A DNA stretch of 64,000 nucleotides, taken from assembly GCF_964204645.1 (NCBI RefSeq), contig NC_134036.1:11387859-11451858 (forward strand). The letters are read 5' to 3'. The stretch comes from Tubulanus polymorphus. Lineage: Eukaryota > Animalia > Nemertea. A program made the position numbers and the translations under genes. Below the pieces are notes generated by a model. It made no database searches. It saw nothing but the letters and a program-made list of their open reading frames with translations, and was not told the origin of the DNA. Numbering within the stretch: position 1 is the stretch's first letter; every line of letters starts with the position of its first letter. Below are positions 38,123 through 51,429 of the stretch, piece after piece.

Positions 38123-39541
38123 GACACGACAGAGGTGCCACAGTTGCCACGATTATTTTGCAGATTTATCGTCGCATCAGGAAAAATGTGACTGCATTCC
38201 CCGGGAGGGGGTACCGTACAAGTCTACGACCTGTGAGCGTAACGGCCCACGGGCAGCGGTGTTGTCATATCGCGGAAAGACGGAATCGCGGAATTTTCCA
38301 AAAACGCGGAATTTCTTCATTTTAACTATAAATAGTAAACGGGTTTTCCCACGGGGATACCCACTGTCGGACAGGGCATCGGACCCAGGTTTTCAACCAC
38401 GGGAATTTGTATTTGATAATTTATTATATCGCCAGTCAACAACTTAACGATACTGTTCCAAATAATGTAGAACCTAGGCAATACGTGCTTTGCGAATTCA
38501 GTGATACAGAGTATCGCTGCATTAACTGAAGGAATACAAATCGATGGTACGTAAACGTAGGATTTGTGATGACACCATGGGTGATTCTCCAGGACTCAGT
38601 TCCGAGATAAGATTTGACTCTGGTCTCTGGATTTAAAACATTGGAAATGAATTGATTCTAAATAACTCAGAGTTAACTCACAACTGTGGAACTGGATCGA
38701 TGTCAGACGAAAATAAATAGACATTATGTACATTTCATTCTGGCTTAGGATTGTTCATGCGTGTTGTGTGTCTACATTGTTGTTATAAGCGAATGTAGTT
38801 TATCTTTTAGAATTAAATGATATGAAAGATTATAAAATGGTTTCGTTTTTTTAATGTTTTCTTTGTGACTGCTATAACAGATATGTTCCTATGCTGATTA
38901 TTCGGATCGAAAGAATCTCATTGGTACCGGTACTGGACGAATTTGACGAATGAATTTGAACCGATTCTTGTTTGGTCGTAGGATTTCATGTTTGCAACCA
39001 TCTACAACTACGATCCGACACCGCGAACGTGCTCAATATCTATCTGATAATATTCGTTTCTGAAGTTCTCAAAAAGTCGATGAACTTCGATAACCGAAGT
39101 TTGCCCAGTAGAAATAGACATTATGTGCCTGGTCTCTTTCACCCCACTTGATTCTGACTTCTTCTACAGGTGGCAGCCAGTCAACGGTATCGTAATATAA
39201 TAATTCCATATAAAATTGCCTGCAAATAATGGGACTCGAACCTAACTCGTTGCATCGATCGGTCCGGTGCCCTGTCCGCGTTCCCCGTGGGAAAACCCGT
39301 TTTCTATTTAAAGTAAAAATGAAGAAATTCCGCGTTTTTGGAAAATTCCGCGATTCCGTCTTTCCGCGATATGACAACACCGCACGGGCAGTATCAATTC
39401 GGCGCCACGCTCGTCGAGATCATAATGGTGAACGGCGACACCCCACGGTGAAGGTCGTCGAGGTCCCAATTCGCGACCGAACGTCCAATGGACGTCAGAG
39501 TACCGGGGAGCCGTCGACGAAGAAGCGGAAGAGCGGAGATG
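38123..39541 (+). pseudogene. Zinc-finger exon (C2HC plus degenerate C2H2, KKRK NLS) split by a MITE
   Basis: After removing 38257-39391 the frame is open from the acceptor ttgcag: TRQRCHSCHDYFADLSSHQEKC...PYKSTTCERNGPRAVSIRRHARRDH...PSTKKRKSGD. Confidence 0.65.
38257..39382. mobile_element. Mutator-type non-autonomous element, TIRs of about 125 bp
   Basis: CGGTGTTGTCATATCGCGG...CCGCGATATGACAACACCG with perfect 9-bp TSD CACGGGCAG (38248-38256 and 39383-39391). Confidence 0.9.
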
Positions 39542-41116
39542 CCCACACAACATTCTTGATCGGCCCCATATCGGCCCGACATTGGCAATGTGGGCACTTC
39601 ATCGGCATCAATGCCGATGTGCAGCCAATATTTGGCCAATGTAAAATTCTTGGCAGAATTCTATGTTAAAAAACGGGTAGAGCAAATATATGGTTAATTT
39701 TGGTTACTTTATCATTGAAAACTAGACCCGCACTGTAAAGTGGGGAAAAATATCTCTCATCGGTCCGACATTGGCCCAACACTGGCTGCGAAGAAAAATG
39801 GTGGCGCCACTGTACGGTACATGCAATGACTAACAGTTTTGAGTAATAATTGCCCCAAATCTTTCTATTATACTCTTAATATCTTTCATTTTCATCGTCA
39901 CAATAAATAATATCATAGACATTGAATCGACATATGATAATTAATGATAATAATTTAACAGTTATAGATCTGAAAAACTCAAAAACAAAGTTTTGATTTG
40001 ATTTATCAAATTCATCTATTATCTAATGATTAATCTATCATTTAAATTATATAAACGATTTCATTCTATTTAAAACCGATATCAATAAATTAGTACATTA
40101 GAAAAATAAGTAAATTAGTTAACAAATTGTCATTGGTTATGGAGTTTTACAATTAATCGAAATTTCCTTCTTTTTATGGCGATATTTTAGTTTAATGAAG
40201 AATTCGATTTTAACAAATGCAGCTATTTTCAAGCATGTTTGCATTCATTTTTGATTTAATTTCTTAAATTAGAAGCGTAATCATAGGCTAACCACTCATT
40301 ATTGAAATGGTGCTTTATTTTCAACGGGGGTCTGGATGTCTTAGCATCATAAATTAAGATGTGCATTTTGGTGTGTTCGAATTATTTTATATTAATTTCG
40401 CTGAATCGTTGATTTAAAAAAAATAAATATGCTGTATTTATAATGAATTTATGTGGATCTATCAAAGCATTCTAAAGAAATCTTCCGAACTGAAGCCGAA
40501 TTTAATAGAAAATATAGCTGCAAAGCAGCGATGACGGGTTTTCTGTAAAGCCATTCAGAATGATGGGAATTGTAGTAAATTGAAATATCGATACATAGAA
40601 TTAAATGCATTGACAGATTCGAACCTAATATGCAACCACTGTGTAAGCGTCAAATATGATTCAGCTTTGAAACCGAACATACGTGGACGTACAATCACAA
40701 ATATTAATATATTTGACCAGGCACTTATTTTGGCATTCAAACATCATGATACTGTATTATCACCATCCTTAAAAATGGATCTGTCCTATTAAGAACTCAT
40801 CTTAAGCACCTGCTGAGCCGATAGATTGAGTGAATTCACAGATAAGAACGTATTATGATTTAGAATAGATTTAAGAAGTTAATGTTTTTATTGAAATATT
40901 TGAATAAATACATATATTGTAATGTAGATTCAATCAATAAATTATGAATTGATTTGGTCTTGGTTTCCGGCTGATGTTGATTTTGGCTCTTATGGATTAC
41001 AAATTCTACAGTGATAAACAATTGATACCTGCAACATGTGTGTAAATCAAACCTATTCCACTAGTTGCGTGTGTTTCCTAATAAACGGGAGAGTCACTCT
41101 TGATTTGAGTTATTAG

Positions 41117-42553
41117 AACTAGGGGTCCAGGGACACCATGCCCACTTGGGAAGTGGTTCCAAATGCTCAACAATCTAACAAATCAGGGGCCGGTTTCACA
41201 AAGCGTAATTAACCCTTAATTATGATTAAATCACTAATCACGATTAAATTATCATGATTTTTAATCAAGTTAGGTGTTTCACAAAACGTAATTAACTTTA
41301 ATTATAATTAAGTTAATTACAAAATTTAATTATCCTCTAGAGTGTAATTAAACCTTATAATCATCATTAGTTTATTATTAAAAACAAAAAGCTGCAGATA
41401 TTATTCATGGAATTTGGTGTTTATTAATTGACGACGGCAATTCCTACACTTATTTAGTTCTTCAGATTGTTTGGCTCAAATAATTTGGATTTTTTGCCTT
41501 TTGTAAAAAAGGCATGTCAATACTCTAAATTATATTGATTTATTTTCAAACGTCCTATGTTTTGTCAGCACGACCACCACATACTTAGAAGTATTGAATT
41601 AATTGATTTTGTCCATATATATGATAGATTTCCGTCAGTAGAGTACATATCTATGGAGTTAGTGTTAAAAAGTGCTAATCACTGCGGAAATAAACCCCAT
41701 TTACGAGGATTTAATTTTGCTGACTGGAGGTGAGTTTCTATTTAAAAACTTCTGAGACATCTTGCTAAGTTTTTCCACTGGTTCCTGAGACCTTTCAGAG
41801 CAATCTTTAACTCCCAAAGGAGTGAATTTCTCTTTTCCTCTAAACAAGGAAAGTTGTTGATGCTTGGACAGCAAATGGCTGTCTAAAGTTCCGCCATTTT
41901 GATACAGTTAAATTGTAATCAAGTTGCCTAATTATGTAATTAGTTAATTTTGTAATTAAACCCTTTCGTGAAACCGAATTTTAATCGTAATTAACTAATC
42001 ATGATTAAGGAAATTTAATCATGATTTAGGTCCTAATTATAATTAAAGTTAATTATGCTTTGTGAAACCGGCCCCAGGTATCAAAGGTATAAAACATCCC
42101 TTTTCAAAGAATACCCATCACAAACTGCAATGAGAAATGGCAAACTCAGAATTCGGGCCAAAATTGACATTTTTAGGACGGCCATCTTGAGTCCGTATCC
42201 CAATTTTTGTTATGCTGATGGGCCCAGGGGGCATTCACATATATCCGAAAGATCAAGGTAATTGATCAAAGCATCTTCAAAATTTCCCTCAAAAAGTTCA
42301 AAAATGTGTAAAAAGTGTTGATTTTGGCGAACAACAATGGCTGCCCGTCGGCCATCTTGATTCTGACAGGGCCAGTTTTTGAGCTGAAGATGTGTCTAGG
42401 GTAGATACATGTGAAACCCAAATATCAAGACATTACATTGAAGCGTCTTCAAAACTTCCTAAAATAACTGATTTCCGTCTACGGACGGACGGACGACAGA
42501 CGAAAAGTGAACGCAATAGCCCGCTGGGACTAAAGTCCCAAGTGGGCTAAAAA
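41117..42553 (+). mobile_element. HINE/Helentron-associated element (DINE-1-like) hosting a Harbinger insertion
   Basis: AACTAG start, (GGAC)n microsatellite at about 42480-42500, terminal hairpin agcccgctgggactaaagtcccaagtgggct plus A run. Confidence 0.65.
41187..42074. mobile_element. Non-autonomous Harbinger element
   Basis: TIR GGGCCGGTTTCACAAAGC(G/A)TAATTAAC with 3-bp TSD CAG. Minus-strand LRNQWKNL remnant resembles the Myb/SANT-like ORF. Confidence 0.85.
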
Positions 42554-42676
42554 TAATGTTCATTTAGTCATAGAAATCCATTGCCTTTTTGGAGTTTCTG
42601 TAATAATATTTGTTCTGCCCTAATTTTAATGGCTAATAATAATTTAATGGCTACTAATTGAACGGAGCCAAATTTC

Positions 42677-42893
42677 CGATGTTTACGGCTCGACAGTGCC
42701 TTTATAACGTTCCCATGCAGTATCTGGAGATTGAAGTAAGCTGAAGGACATCATACGGATTGTATCGGCGACAGCGGTAAGGTAAGGAAGCCTTTACACT
42801 TTTAACAAAAACTATGTGGAAAAGGGAAAAAAAATAATAATAATCACGCAAATTTCAATAGGGTTTTCTGTGAAGAAACAGAAAACCCTAATA
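42677..42893 (-). mobile_element. HINE-type element related to 23085-23450
   Basis: cgatgtttacggctcgacagtgc and hairpin agggttttctg..cagaaaaccct. Confidence 0.55.
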
Positions 42894-43849
42894 AGAAATT
42901 TCGTATAGTATTCAAGATTTCATTTGGTTTACGGTAACGGCCTTTGGTGATCTTCACCGTGGGGTCATGAATGAAGAAATACGGTAATAGAACTCTTGAT
43001 AACATGTGCTGAGATGAAACTGCAACGTTTTGACTGTTGACTAACAGCCATCATTAGGGGGAATGTAGACATTCCAGTGATTTGAGCTTTAAGTCAGATG
43101 GCAGTCACTGAAAATCCGAACATTGTTGTGGTTTAACTTTGATAATTAAATGTCAACGTATAAAATTGTATTGCGGAATTTCTTCATTTATCGGATTAGT
43201 GTTCTATTCGACTACTTCGGGTCATGTAGTCGTTTAGATAGAAAATTATTACTTGTCGCCACGGAAGGTATATACAACCGTGTCAGTCGCTGGGAGAGAT
43301 TCTCTGTATATCGGAATCTTAAATCGACACCTTTGTTGGTCCTAGCCTGCATTCACTTCCAATCTAACGAATTGGTAACGTTATTCTTACCATGAATGCC
43401 TTTTTGTCGTAGAATATGGTGCCACTGATATAAAAGTAGTTTTTATTCTACGATAATTTGAGAAAATGAGTTATATTGGAAAAAAACTGATAAAGTACCT
43501 TAAAATTCAGCGATTCATTGGCATTTTATTTCATTGGCATCTTCAAATAGAGTTTTGAGGTGCTAAGTTTATTACTATTAAGAGGTCATTATTTTTAGTT
43601 CGTGGTCATTGCAGTTTGTTTATTCGTTCATCAATCACTGTCTAGTTAGCCAGTGTAATTCACCTGTTGACTGATAGCTGCTGCTGGGCTTTTGATAACC
43701 TATACAAACAATTTACTCAACGAAGTAGGAAAGCGTGTGAAACTGAAATTTCAGCCTTGCATCCTTTAACTTAGACCAGAAGAGGTTTTTTTAAATCAAA
43801 TTGGAATAACTGATTTCAAAATTGCGTGAACATCTCAACTGAATTCATT

Positions 43850-44743
43850 ATTTTTTTTAGTACAAATTAATTTTATTAAACAAGTCAATGGTATACAAAA
43901 TGAATACATGCTAAGGTCCAGAGGACATTACAAGCAATTACAATTATTATCGAAATTACAGTGACATTTGACGGTGATCAAAAATTAATAAATGCACGTA
44001 AACTAATAATTACACTTAAGGATGATAATATTAATAGCAATGAGTTGTAACAGTAAAAGTAATAATAATGATAAATGATAACGTAAAATAATAATAAATA
44101 ATGGTAAATGATAATGATAATGATAATGATAATAATGATAATGATGATTATCATCATCAGTTTGAGATTCTTTGGTTTCTTGAAATGAATTTTGCGACAA
44201 GACAGATTACTGTTGAGTTTAAATCATAGTTATAAATGGAATTTCCAAAAAGTAAGAATTCACATTTATTCAACATATTTAATCTATTGAAATACGGAAG
44301 TAGTTGTAGGGAATCAAGCGAAATGAGGAGGTTAACAAAGTCATGTTGGAGGGAAGGTTCTCGACACTGAAGAAGGAAATGTATTGTCGATTGGATTTGG
44401 TTGCAGTAGGGACAGTCAGGTTCACTTACATCAACGAAATTATGAGAATAGAAATGAGATCTCAGGAAGAGGTCTACACGCAGACGATTTAGGCAGATTT
44501 CTTCATTTCGATTGAGGTTTTTTATTATGGTTGAACTAAGAACACTGGAGTCGTATTTATTAAAGCAGGTTCTAGATTTGAAAAGGGAAAATGAATCGCA
44601 GTTTTGAAGCTCAGGTGTAACATTATTCCATTGTTCCATAAGTTGAACAATGGGTGATCGCCTCATAAATGAAGAATAAGATGCTGGGATTCTAAAAGGT
44701 CGTCTCTGTTTCTAAGGGCACGAGGTCGGTTGCTGGCCACGTT
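43850..44743 (-). mobile_element. CR1-group LINE 3' end with CCHC knuckle and microsatellite UTR
   Basis: RALRN..QWNN..CDSFSLFKS..LNRLR..CPYCNQIQSTIHFLLQC..FLLFGN. (TAA/TGA)n at 44060-44158; AATAAA and poly(A) on the minus strand near 43850-43877. Confidence 0.85.
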
Positions 44744-44919
44744 ATGGAAATTTATGAAAATTTAATTTACAGGACAAACCGGTTTTTTACTTTAAACATA
44801 TTGTGGCGAAAATTGTCAATATCTGGGGTGGGTTTGACCACAAAATGTCGGTCTTTGGTGAAATTATATTATGTATTTCGGAATGGCCTTAAGCCGTTCT
44901 TTTCTCATTGTTTCTTTTT

Positions 44920-47066
44920 AGATGTACGTATTCCGGGACGGGGCTGGGTGTTCTGCGGCGATGTTTCGGGATCTTTTCGGCTCAATTTCAATCTGACAGA
45001 TTTTTGGCAGTCCTGTCAGATTCCAATTTCACGACCTGGGCAGGCCCCCGCGGTGTTGGCCACGCCACATCGCGGTGACATTAGCGATTTTTCGGCGCCT
45101 GTCCAGGCCATTCTTTTATCCTCCACCTACCTATTAGTGTGTGTTCTCCTTTTTATATTCGAGACCCAACTTCTTTGATTTTGGGCCGTTTTGGTTCCGT
45201 CTCGTCGCCGGAGAATTCTCCAGCCCTGCTCGTGTTTACGCTCGTTTTTACGACGCCGTTCGCTGGCGCCGCCTCACTTCCGTGTGAGCGTTTTCGCGGT
45301 GGTGCGGTTAACTCGGTTGCGGTTAACTGCGGTTTATTTTTAGTAAATATCTCCGTATCGGTCTTATAGTCGTCATTTTTCGCGTTAATCTTAAAATATT
45401 ATATAACTTAATTCTATTTCTCTCGTACGAAGTCTTTATTTAGGGTTAATCATTCGTCACGGTCGAATGATTTCGCGTGCTCTACTTTGTCCGCGGATCG
45501 TATCACTGCTCGTCACGCTTGACCAATCACCGCGTGCGTTGACCGCATTAAAACTATAAATTTGGCGCAATCGCGCTCATTGGCAACTTGGCTCTGGCAG
45601 AGCCACATTAGAAACTCTTCTTGCTGCCTCTTCACCGTTTTACGAATCGGACGCTGTAAATCGTACAGATCATGTAAGAAGACAATTTTACTCTCTAATT
45701 AAGACACGGGCCTCCGGGTCGTCTGACCCCGGGATCGCTGCAGTGGTTTTTGACATCCCTCCCTCAGTGAGTCCCGAGTGCCGACGCACCCGGGGGTCGT
45801 GTAGTCGTCGGCCATGGGCTGCCGATAAACTCGTCACTTACAATCCTGTAAATATTGTAAATTCTCCGTCAGTTCATCGTCTGTTTAAATTCAATCCTCC
45901 GACGATGCCAACTTAACGCTCGTCGTTAACTATTTGACGCTCCGTCGTATAATTCTTATCGTTGATTAACGACCACGCTCGTCGTTAACTATTTGACGCT
46001 CCGTCGTATAATTCTTATCGTTGATTGAAGACAACGCTCGTCGTTAACTATTTGACGCTCCGTCGTATAATTCTTATCGTTGATTAACGACAACGCTCGT
46101 CGTTAACTACTTGACGCTCCGTCGTTAACATCTTAATCGTTGATTAGCTTCGACGCTCGTTTACTGAGACCTAAGTTATATTAGATACATACCGGAGTCT
46201 GCCGCGCCACCGCTTCTATTTGACGTTCGGTCGTCTCCTTTGTATGCTACCGTACATTGACTGTACCAAGGCTTTGCAAGCCATGAAGGGCACATTCTTT
46301 TTATATATCGAAATGTAAATAATCAAGGTGTTTTGCGTGTGGACATGATGTCCCCTTGGCATCAAGAACGATGAACTTTGTATTATAAGAAAATATATAT
46401 ATTTAATAATTCGTACTACATTCCAATCAAACTTCGAATCTTGCGTTTATTTGATTCGCCGGCACTGGAAGGAAGGACGAGGATTTCTGTTTGTTTTCCT
46501 GCTGCATCGAACCCATTTAGTTCTGCGTGAGGATCGTTCCCCTATTGACCGTCGCTACGGACAACACTTATGCATACGACTAGTTTGACAGATCTGGCAT
46601 GAGTCGCAATTAGCTCCTGAGATGACGGGGGACAGCTATGTGCGAGAGGGCACTTGGAATGGGGGTAGCCATATCCGCCGAGTAATCAACACTGCGAGTT
46701 TCGTCCGAGGAAAGCCCCTAAAGCGGATTACTCTGAGGAGAGCGGGTTGGGGGGTCTGTATTGGCCACACAGATTAAGGCTACGTGGAGTAGGGAGGCGA
46801 CTGTTTGGAGGAGAGCGTACTGCTTAAGCGCCCTTTTTAGCGACATTTTTCAATAGAGGAACAGATTCTACATATTTTATATCATTTACTTTCCTGGGGA
46901 AGACAAGAGTCTCCTTGCCGTATTCACTACCCGAGTGCGGTCGACCCAGGCGGACCCGTGTAGCGAGCGCCCCGGCACAGCAGAGTGACTACGACTACGC
47001 TACCTATGGACAACAGCAGTCACTACCTGAATTACTATTTTATATGTTTACACTACAACCGCTACA
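44920..47066 (+). mobile_element. Non-coding repeat element, copy 3 (left boundary uncertain, internal deletion, about 4 array units at 45915-46146)
   Basis: 45127-47066 matches RC 61177-64000. CCAAT (about 45523) and TATAAA (about 45555) inside. Confidence 0.9.
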
Positions 47067-47840
47067 CATCGTTGCCAAAAGTTTGTGTAGGTTTTGGCTC
47101 GGGTCACTAGTGTCCCTATGGTTATTACTGTCACCAGTCTTCGTAAAAAAGATTTAAAGCCAATTTGAAAAACCATATGCTATGTAACACTTGTCTCGCA
47201 AAATCAACATCGGGCGTGAGTTTTGTAGTCTAGTATTAACTTTAACCCGGGAACTTACTCAATTCATTTTCGATTGAACATCCCCCACCCCCCCAAAAAA
47301 AAAACGTGCATCTCAACCGCACGGCTCCACGCCGCGACTAAACAACCTCGCCAGAACGGAGAGTCCAGAGACGTACGGATGACCACGTGATCGATAAAAG
47401 AGTGCGAGTTAAACGGACGTAATCGAGAGTCGGCCCGCCCCGGTAGGTGAACGATCCGGTCTTGACGCGCGCAACGAAGATCATTACATATATTTATATA
47501 TTTATACATCCTAGAGTGCTTAGAACACAATTCCCCGGCCAGTGTATAGAAAGACACGCGTGTGGTAGGTTTTCACTGTTTGTTTTTTTTAATGATTACT
47601 TTTACTGTCTGACGTTGGCGTCGTACATTCATTCTACAGTGCTTGAAGATGCACTACAGACACGCGTGGATTGGAAATAGCAAATTCGAACCCACGGTGA
47701 GTCGCTTCATCTTTGATATACGGTAATGGTTGAAACGCCGAGGTGTTACAATAATTGTAAACGAAAATCCCACGCGCATAGAGAAGAGAGAATCGAAATC
47801 GACTTATTTTCGACGATTATAGTAACCTTCAGGAATATTA

Positions 47841-48162
47841 TTAGTATTCTGAAGATAATATCAAATGTTATATTATTACAAGAAAATTACGATTATTGTA
47901 GATAATGGTTAAAAACAATGGAGAGTATAATGAAATGGGTGATTTTCAGTGAAATGATTTGATAAGATTAAGGTGGTCGATTTTGGCTAAATTGAAAGAA
48001 GTTGGTTCCCCGATCGCCGATTTTCTACTTCGATTTAGAACAGAAAATATGCAAAATTCGACAGTTCTGCACCCAACCGTAATCGATTCCCTCCTGTCGC
48101 TCCCGCCAGGTTGTGGTGAGTTTGTAATGGACACTAAATTAATGCGAATCAAATCTTGTCTA
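47841..48162 (-). repeat. Dispersed repeat X, inverted copy
   Basis: Reverse complement of 4947-5268. Confidence 0.85.
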
Positions 48163-49099
48163 CATCGATCACATAGAGAATATGGACAATCTTTATCATG
48201 AGATCAACACAAAACATACGCTCTGTACAAATAATCATGGCAAAAGAAAATGATATATTCGTCATCAAAAAAAGTTATATATTTCTGCAGACCGTATTGC
48301 ACGGATATGGCTTAATTTTGCTTGACCAGAATCAGCTATCATAATCGGGATTTCGTGGGAACGTTCTTTATTTTCTAATTTCGCCCAAATCTACCACCGT
48401 AATCAAAGTTGTATATGGTTACGGGGCAAATTGTCCACATTTATTTACCAACCCCTTTCGTTGGGGAGTAAAATCAATATATTTTTCAAGATTGGGTGAT
48501 TTTTCAAACATCGGTGTTTCGGCATTTCAACGAATGTTTCTCGGTTTTCTTTTTCTTTTCTTAAAATAGGGAATTTCCCTGTTATTTATTTGGCTGTTAA
48601 ATTTCGTTTTATTTTTTTTGATAGAGTGTCCCATACCGACCCACCACACCTGCTGGGAGGGCAACAGGGGGTTTGATTTTGAAATGTTTCTCGGTTTTAT
48701 CCGTAGGGTATTGTGGGTATATGATATCATGGGATCATTTACAAAATTGTTAATTCGATATGTTAATTGCAGAATTACACGAACTGGTACGAAGGAGAAC
48801 CAAACAACACGCCCGTGCCTGAAGACTGCATTGAAATCTTTGCCCGCAATGGTTGGTGGAATGATTTTACATGCAGCTTCCAAAACATTGCTGTCTGCTC
48901 GAAGCCGTGCATAAGGCGATGCAGTAACAATAACGCTCTTTGAGGGTTGGGGCGAATTTTTGAGAAGGACAACGTATTTCGACTTATATTTTGCGCTACA
49001 ATTTTTCGATAATTATCGTCGAGCGTACGTGGACAGTTTCAATTTACAGGTCTAGCCCGTTAGAGAAATCTCAAATCTTCAAATAATCCCGTTATAATA

Positions 49100-50158
49100 A
49101 CGCTTATACCTATAAATTCTATCATTTCTTCACCTCCTAATTCATCTTTGAATTTACCAGGCACCTTTTTATTATCATTGTTAAACCATTCATGATCTTT
49201 AGGATAATTACTAAAATCAAAATGATGTTTTAATGTTTTTAAATCATCTGTTATGTTATTAGTTTTTATCTTTAATATGTAAGAATCTGTATCAAAATAT
49301 AAGATTTCTATATGCTTTTCTCCAAAATGAGGTTGTAATACGTTATAATGGAATTCATACATTAATAACTTTGATATTTCTAAAACTGTAGCTCCAACAT
49401 AAATTGGTTTATTAAATTTCATAGATGTTCTCATTTTAACTGCAGCTAAATTTTCATCAAATATTCTGTTACCTATGAACTTAGGATATGTTTGTAAATG
49501 ACTAATTCTTTTACCATTACTAACTAACTCAATATCATTTCTATTTCTAATATTTTCACGTCGTACCACAGAATGCATTATTCCTTAGTTTCAAGAAATC
49601 TTTTTCAAAATCAGTTTTAGCTTTAGTTCTCTGTTTGGTGTTAAAATCTATATATTTTTCTATCCATTTAGATTGACTAAATGAAATATATCTATGTACT
49701 TTTTTAGAACCATTCCTTGATTCAAATAAAACTTCAACATTCTATAATGCACTACATAATTATATTTATCTTCCTGAGTTACCATTAACTTTTCTGTATG
49801 AATATGATTTTCGGGTTTAATTCTTTTTTGATAATTTGATAATTCATTATGTGTCACAGTTTAATGTTCGGGACAGTAAGCTAGATTTCTAGATTTAAAT
49901 TTTTTATCTTCAGGATATTCCAAGTCTACTACAAAGACGTAACCAGTCTCTGAATCATCTGCAATATCTAGAATTCTTTTCTTCCAATCAAATTTATCAT
50001 TATTTTCATGTTGTAAAACTTCACTTATTTCAAATACTCCATAAGGTTGTGGTTCCATCATTGCCCAACCATATAGATTATTTGCATCTATATATAATAA
50101 CTTATATCCATAGTTATCATTTACATTGAAATATCTATCCCCTAATACACCTGAACCA
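49100..50158 (-). pseudogene. Maverick/Polinton protein-primed family B DNA polymerase fragment
   Basis: YIDANNLYGWAM, VDLEYP, KYNYVVHYRMLKFY, KPIYVGATVLEISKLLMYEFHY, YFDTDS, KKVPGKFKDE across three frames; strongly AT-rich. Confidence 0.9.
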
Positions 50159-50369
50159 AATAGAAAGCTAATGCAGTCTGAATTAGTTAGGGAAACTGGT
50201 AAAGTCGTGACCCTGTGCGACATACACAATATTGGTGTAAAAAACAGGACATGTGGAAGAGATTTCGATAGTCCCCTTGCAGAGATAAGTAAAGAGACTG
50301 GTAAGTTGAATGCACCCAAGACGGACATGATTAACATCGTTTCTTTGCAGCATCGTGCAGGGACAATTC

Positions 50370-51064
50370 CTGGTAGTCATGTTGGTGATACCTTCATTGA
50401 GGCGTCGGACTGTGTTCGTGACCTTGGTGTCATTCTGGACAAGAACATGAACATGCAGCTTCATATTAAATCACTTTGTAAGGCATCATATGCAAAGCTT
50501 TACAGCATAAGTCGCATTAGTCGTTTTCTTGATCGTGCGAGTCTTGAACGTCTAGTCCATGCATTTGTGACATCCTGCATTGACTGCAACAACGGTTTGG
50601 TGTATGGACTACTACAATTGCACCACTTCAGCGCGTACAGAACTCGGCTGCACGTATCATTCTCCGCAAGCGAAAATATGACCATGTTACTCCGCTGCTG
50701 ATCGAATTGCATTGGCTGCCTGTAGCAGGCCGTATTGAATATAAAGTTATCTTGTATGTGTTTAAATGTGTTAACGGCTTAGCACCAGCATGATTGTCTG
50801 ACCTGTTGGAAAGTCATTCTGCTGTTCGTGTAACCAGGTCAACTGACTTAGCTTCTCTTCGAACTAAACGAACCAAAACATCCTATGGGGATAGAAGTTT
50901 TTCTGTGTGTGGACCTAAACTTTGGAATTCCCTACCATTTGATATAAAAAACGCTGCTTCGTTGGACACATTTAAATCATCAGTTAAGACATGGCTATTC
51001 AAGAAGCACGTTTTGGAGAACCAAGCGCTTTGAGCTCTTGGATGGAAAAGCGCTATACAAGAAC

Positions 51065-51097
<33 letters not shown>
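50370..51097 (+). mobile_element. 5'-truncated L2-clade LINE
   Basis: VRDLGVILD..LVHAFVTSCID..HWLP..GDRSFSVCGPKLWNSLP..FKSSVKTWLF. L2-type stem-loop aagcgctttgag..aaagcgcta and (ATT)n tail. Confidence 0.9.
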
Positions 51098-51098
<1 letters not shown>

Positions 51099-51429
51099 GT
51101 TAAAACTTTTAATTTCTAAATAGTCCTACAGTTTGGTATGAATATTCCATTACGAAAATTGCAGTACATGATGCAAATTCTCATGATCTCATCGATTTCT
51201 TACATAGATAAACAATCAGCCAGCTGGCGGTTATCTTTGTAGCCAGTAAGCATGTTTTTGAGGGGTATGTCCAACGGCTTTCATCAATTTCCTTCATATT
51301 TGGAAAAAATTTGGTTAATAATATTCATATGATGAAGAAGGCTGGCTGGTGGCCATTTTTAGCCAACTTCCGATCCGTAAATATATATTAAGACAAGTTA
51401 AATTTATATTTGCCCACCTTTGATTTCAG

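Noticed and set aside
44707-44743. TGT at 44707 as the left LTR end of element copy 3
   Set aside because: The minus strand still reads as LINE protein (NVASNRPRALRN) and no TSD matches the right flank.
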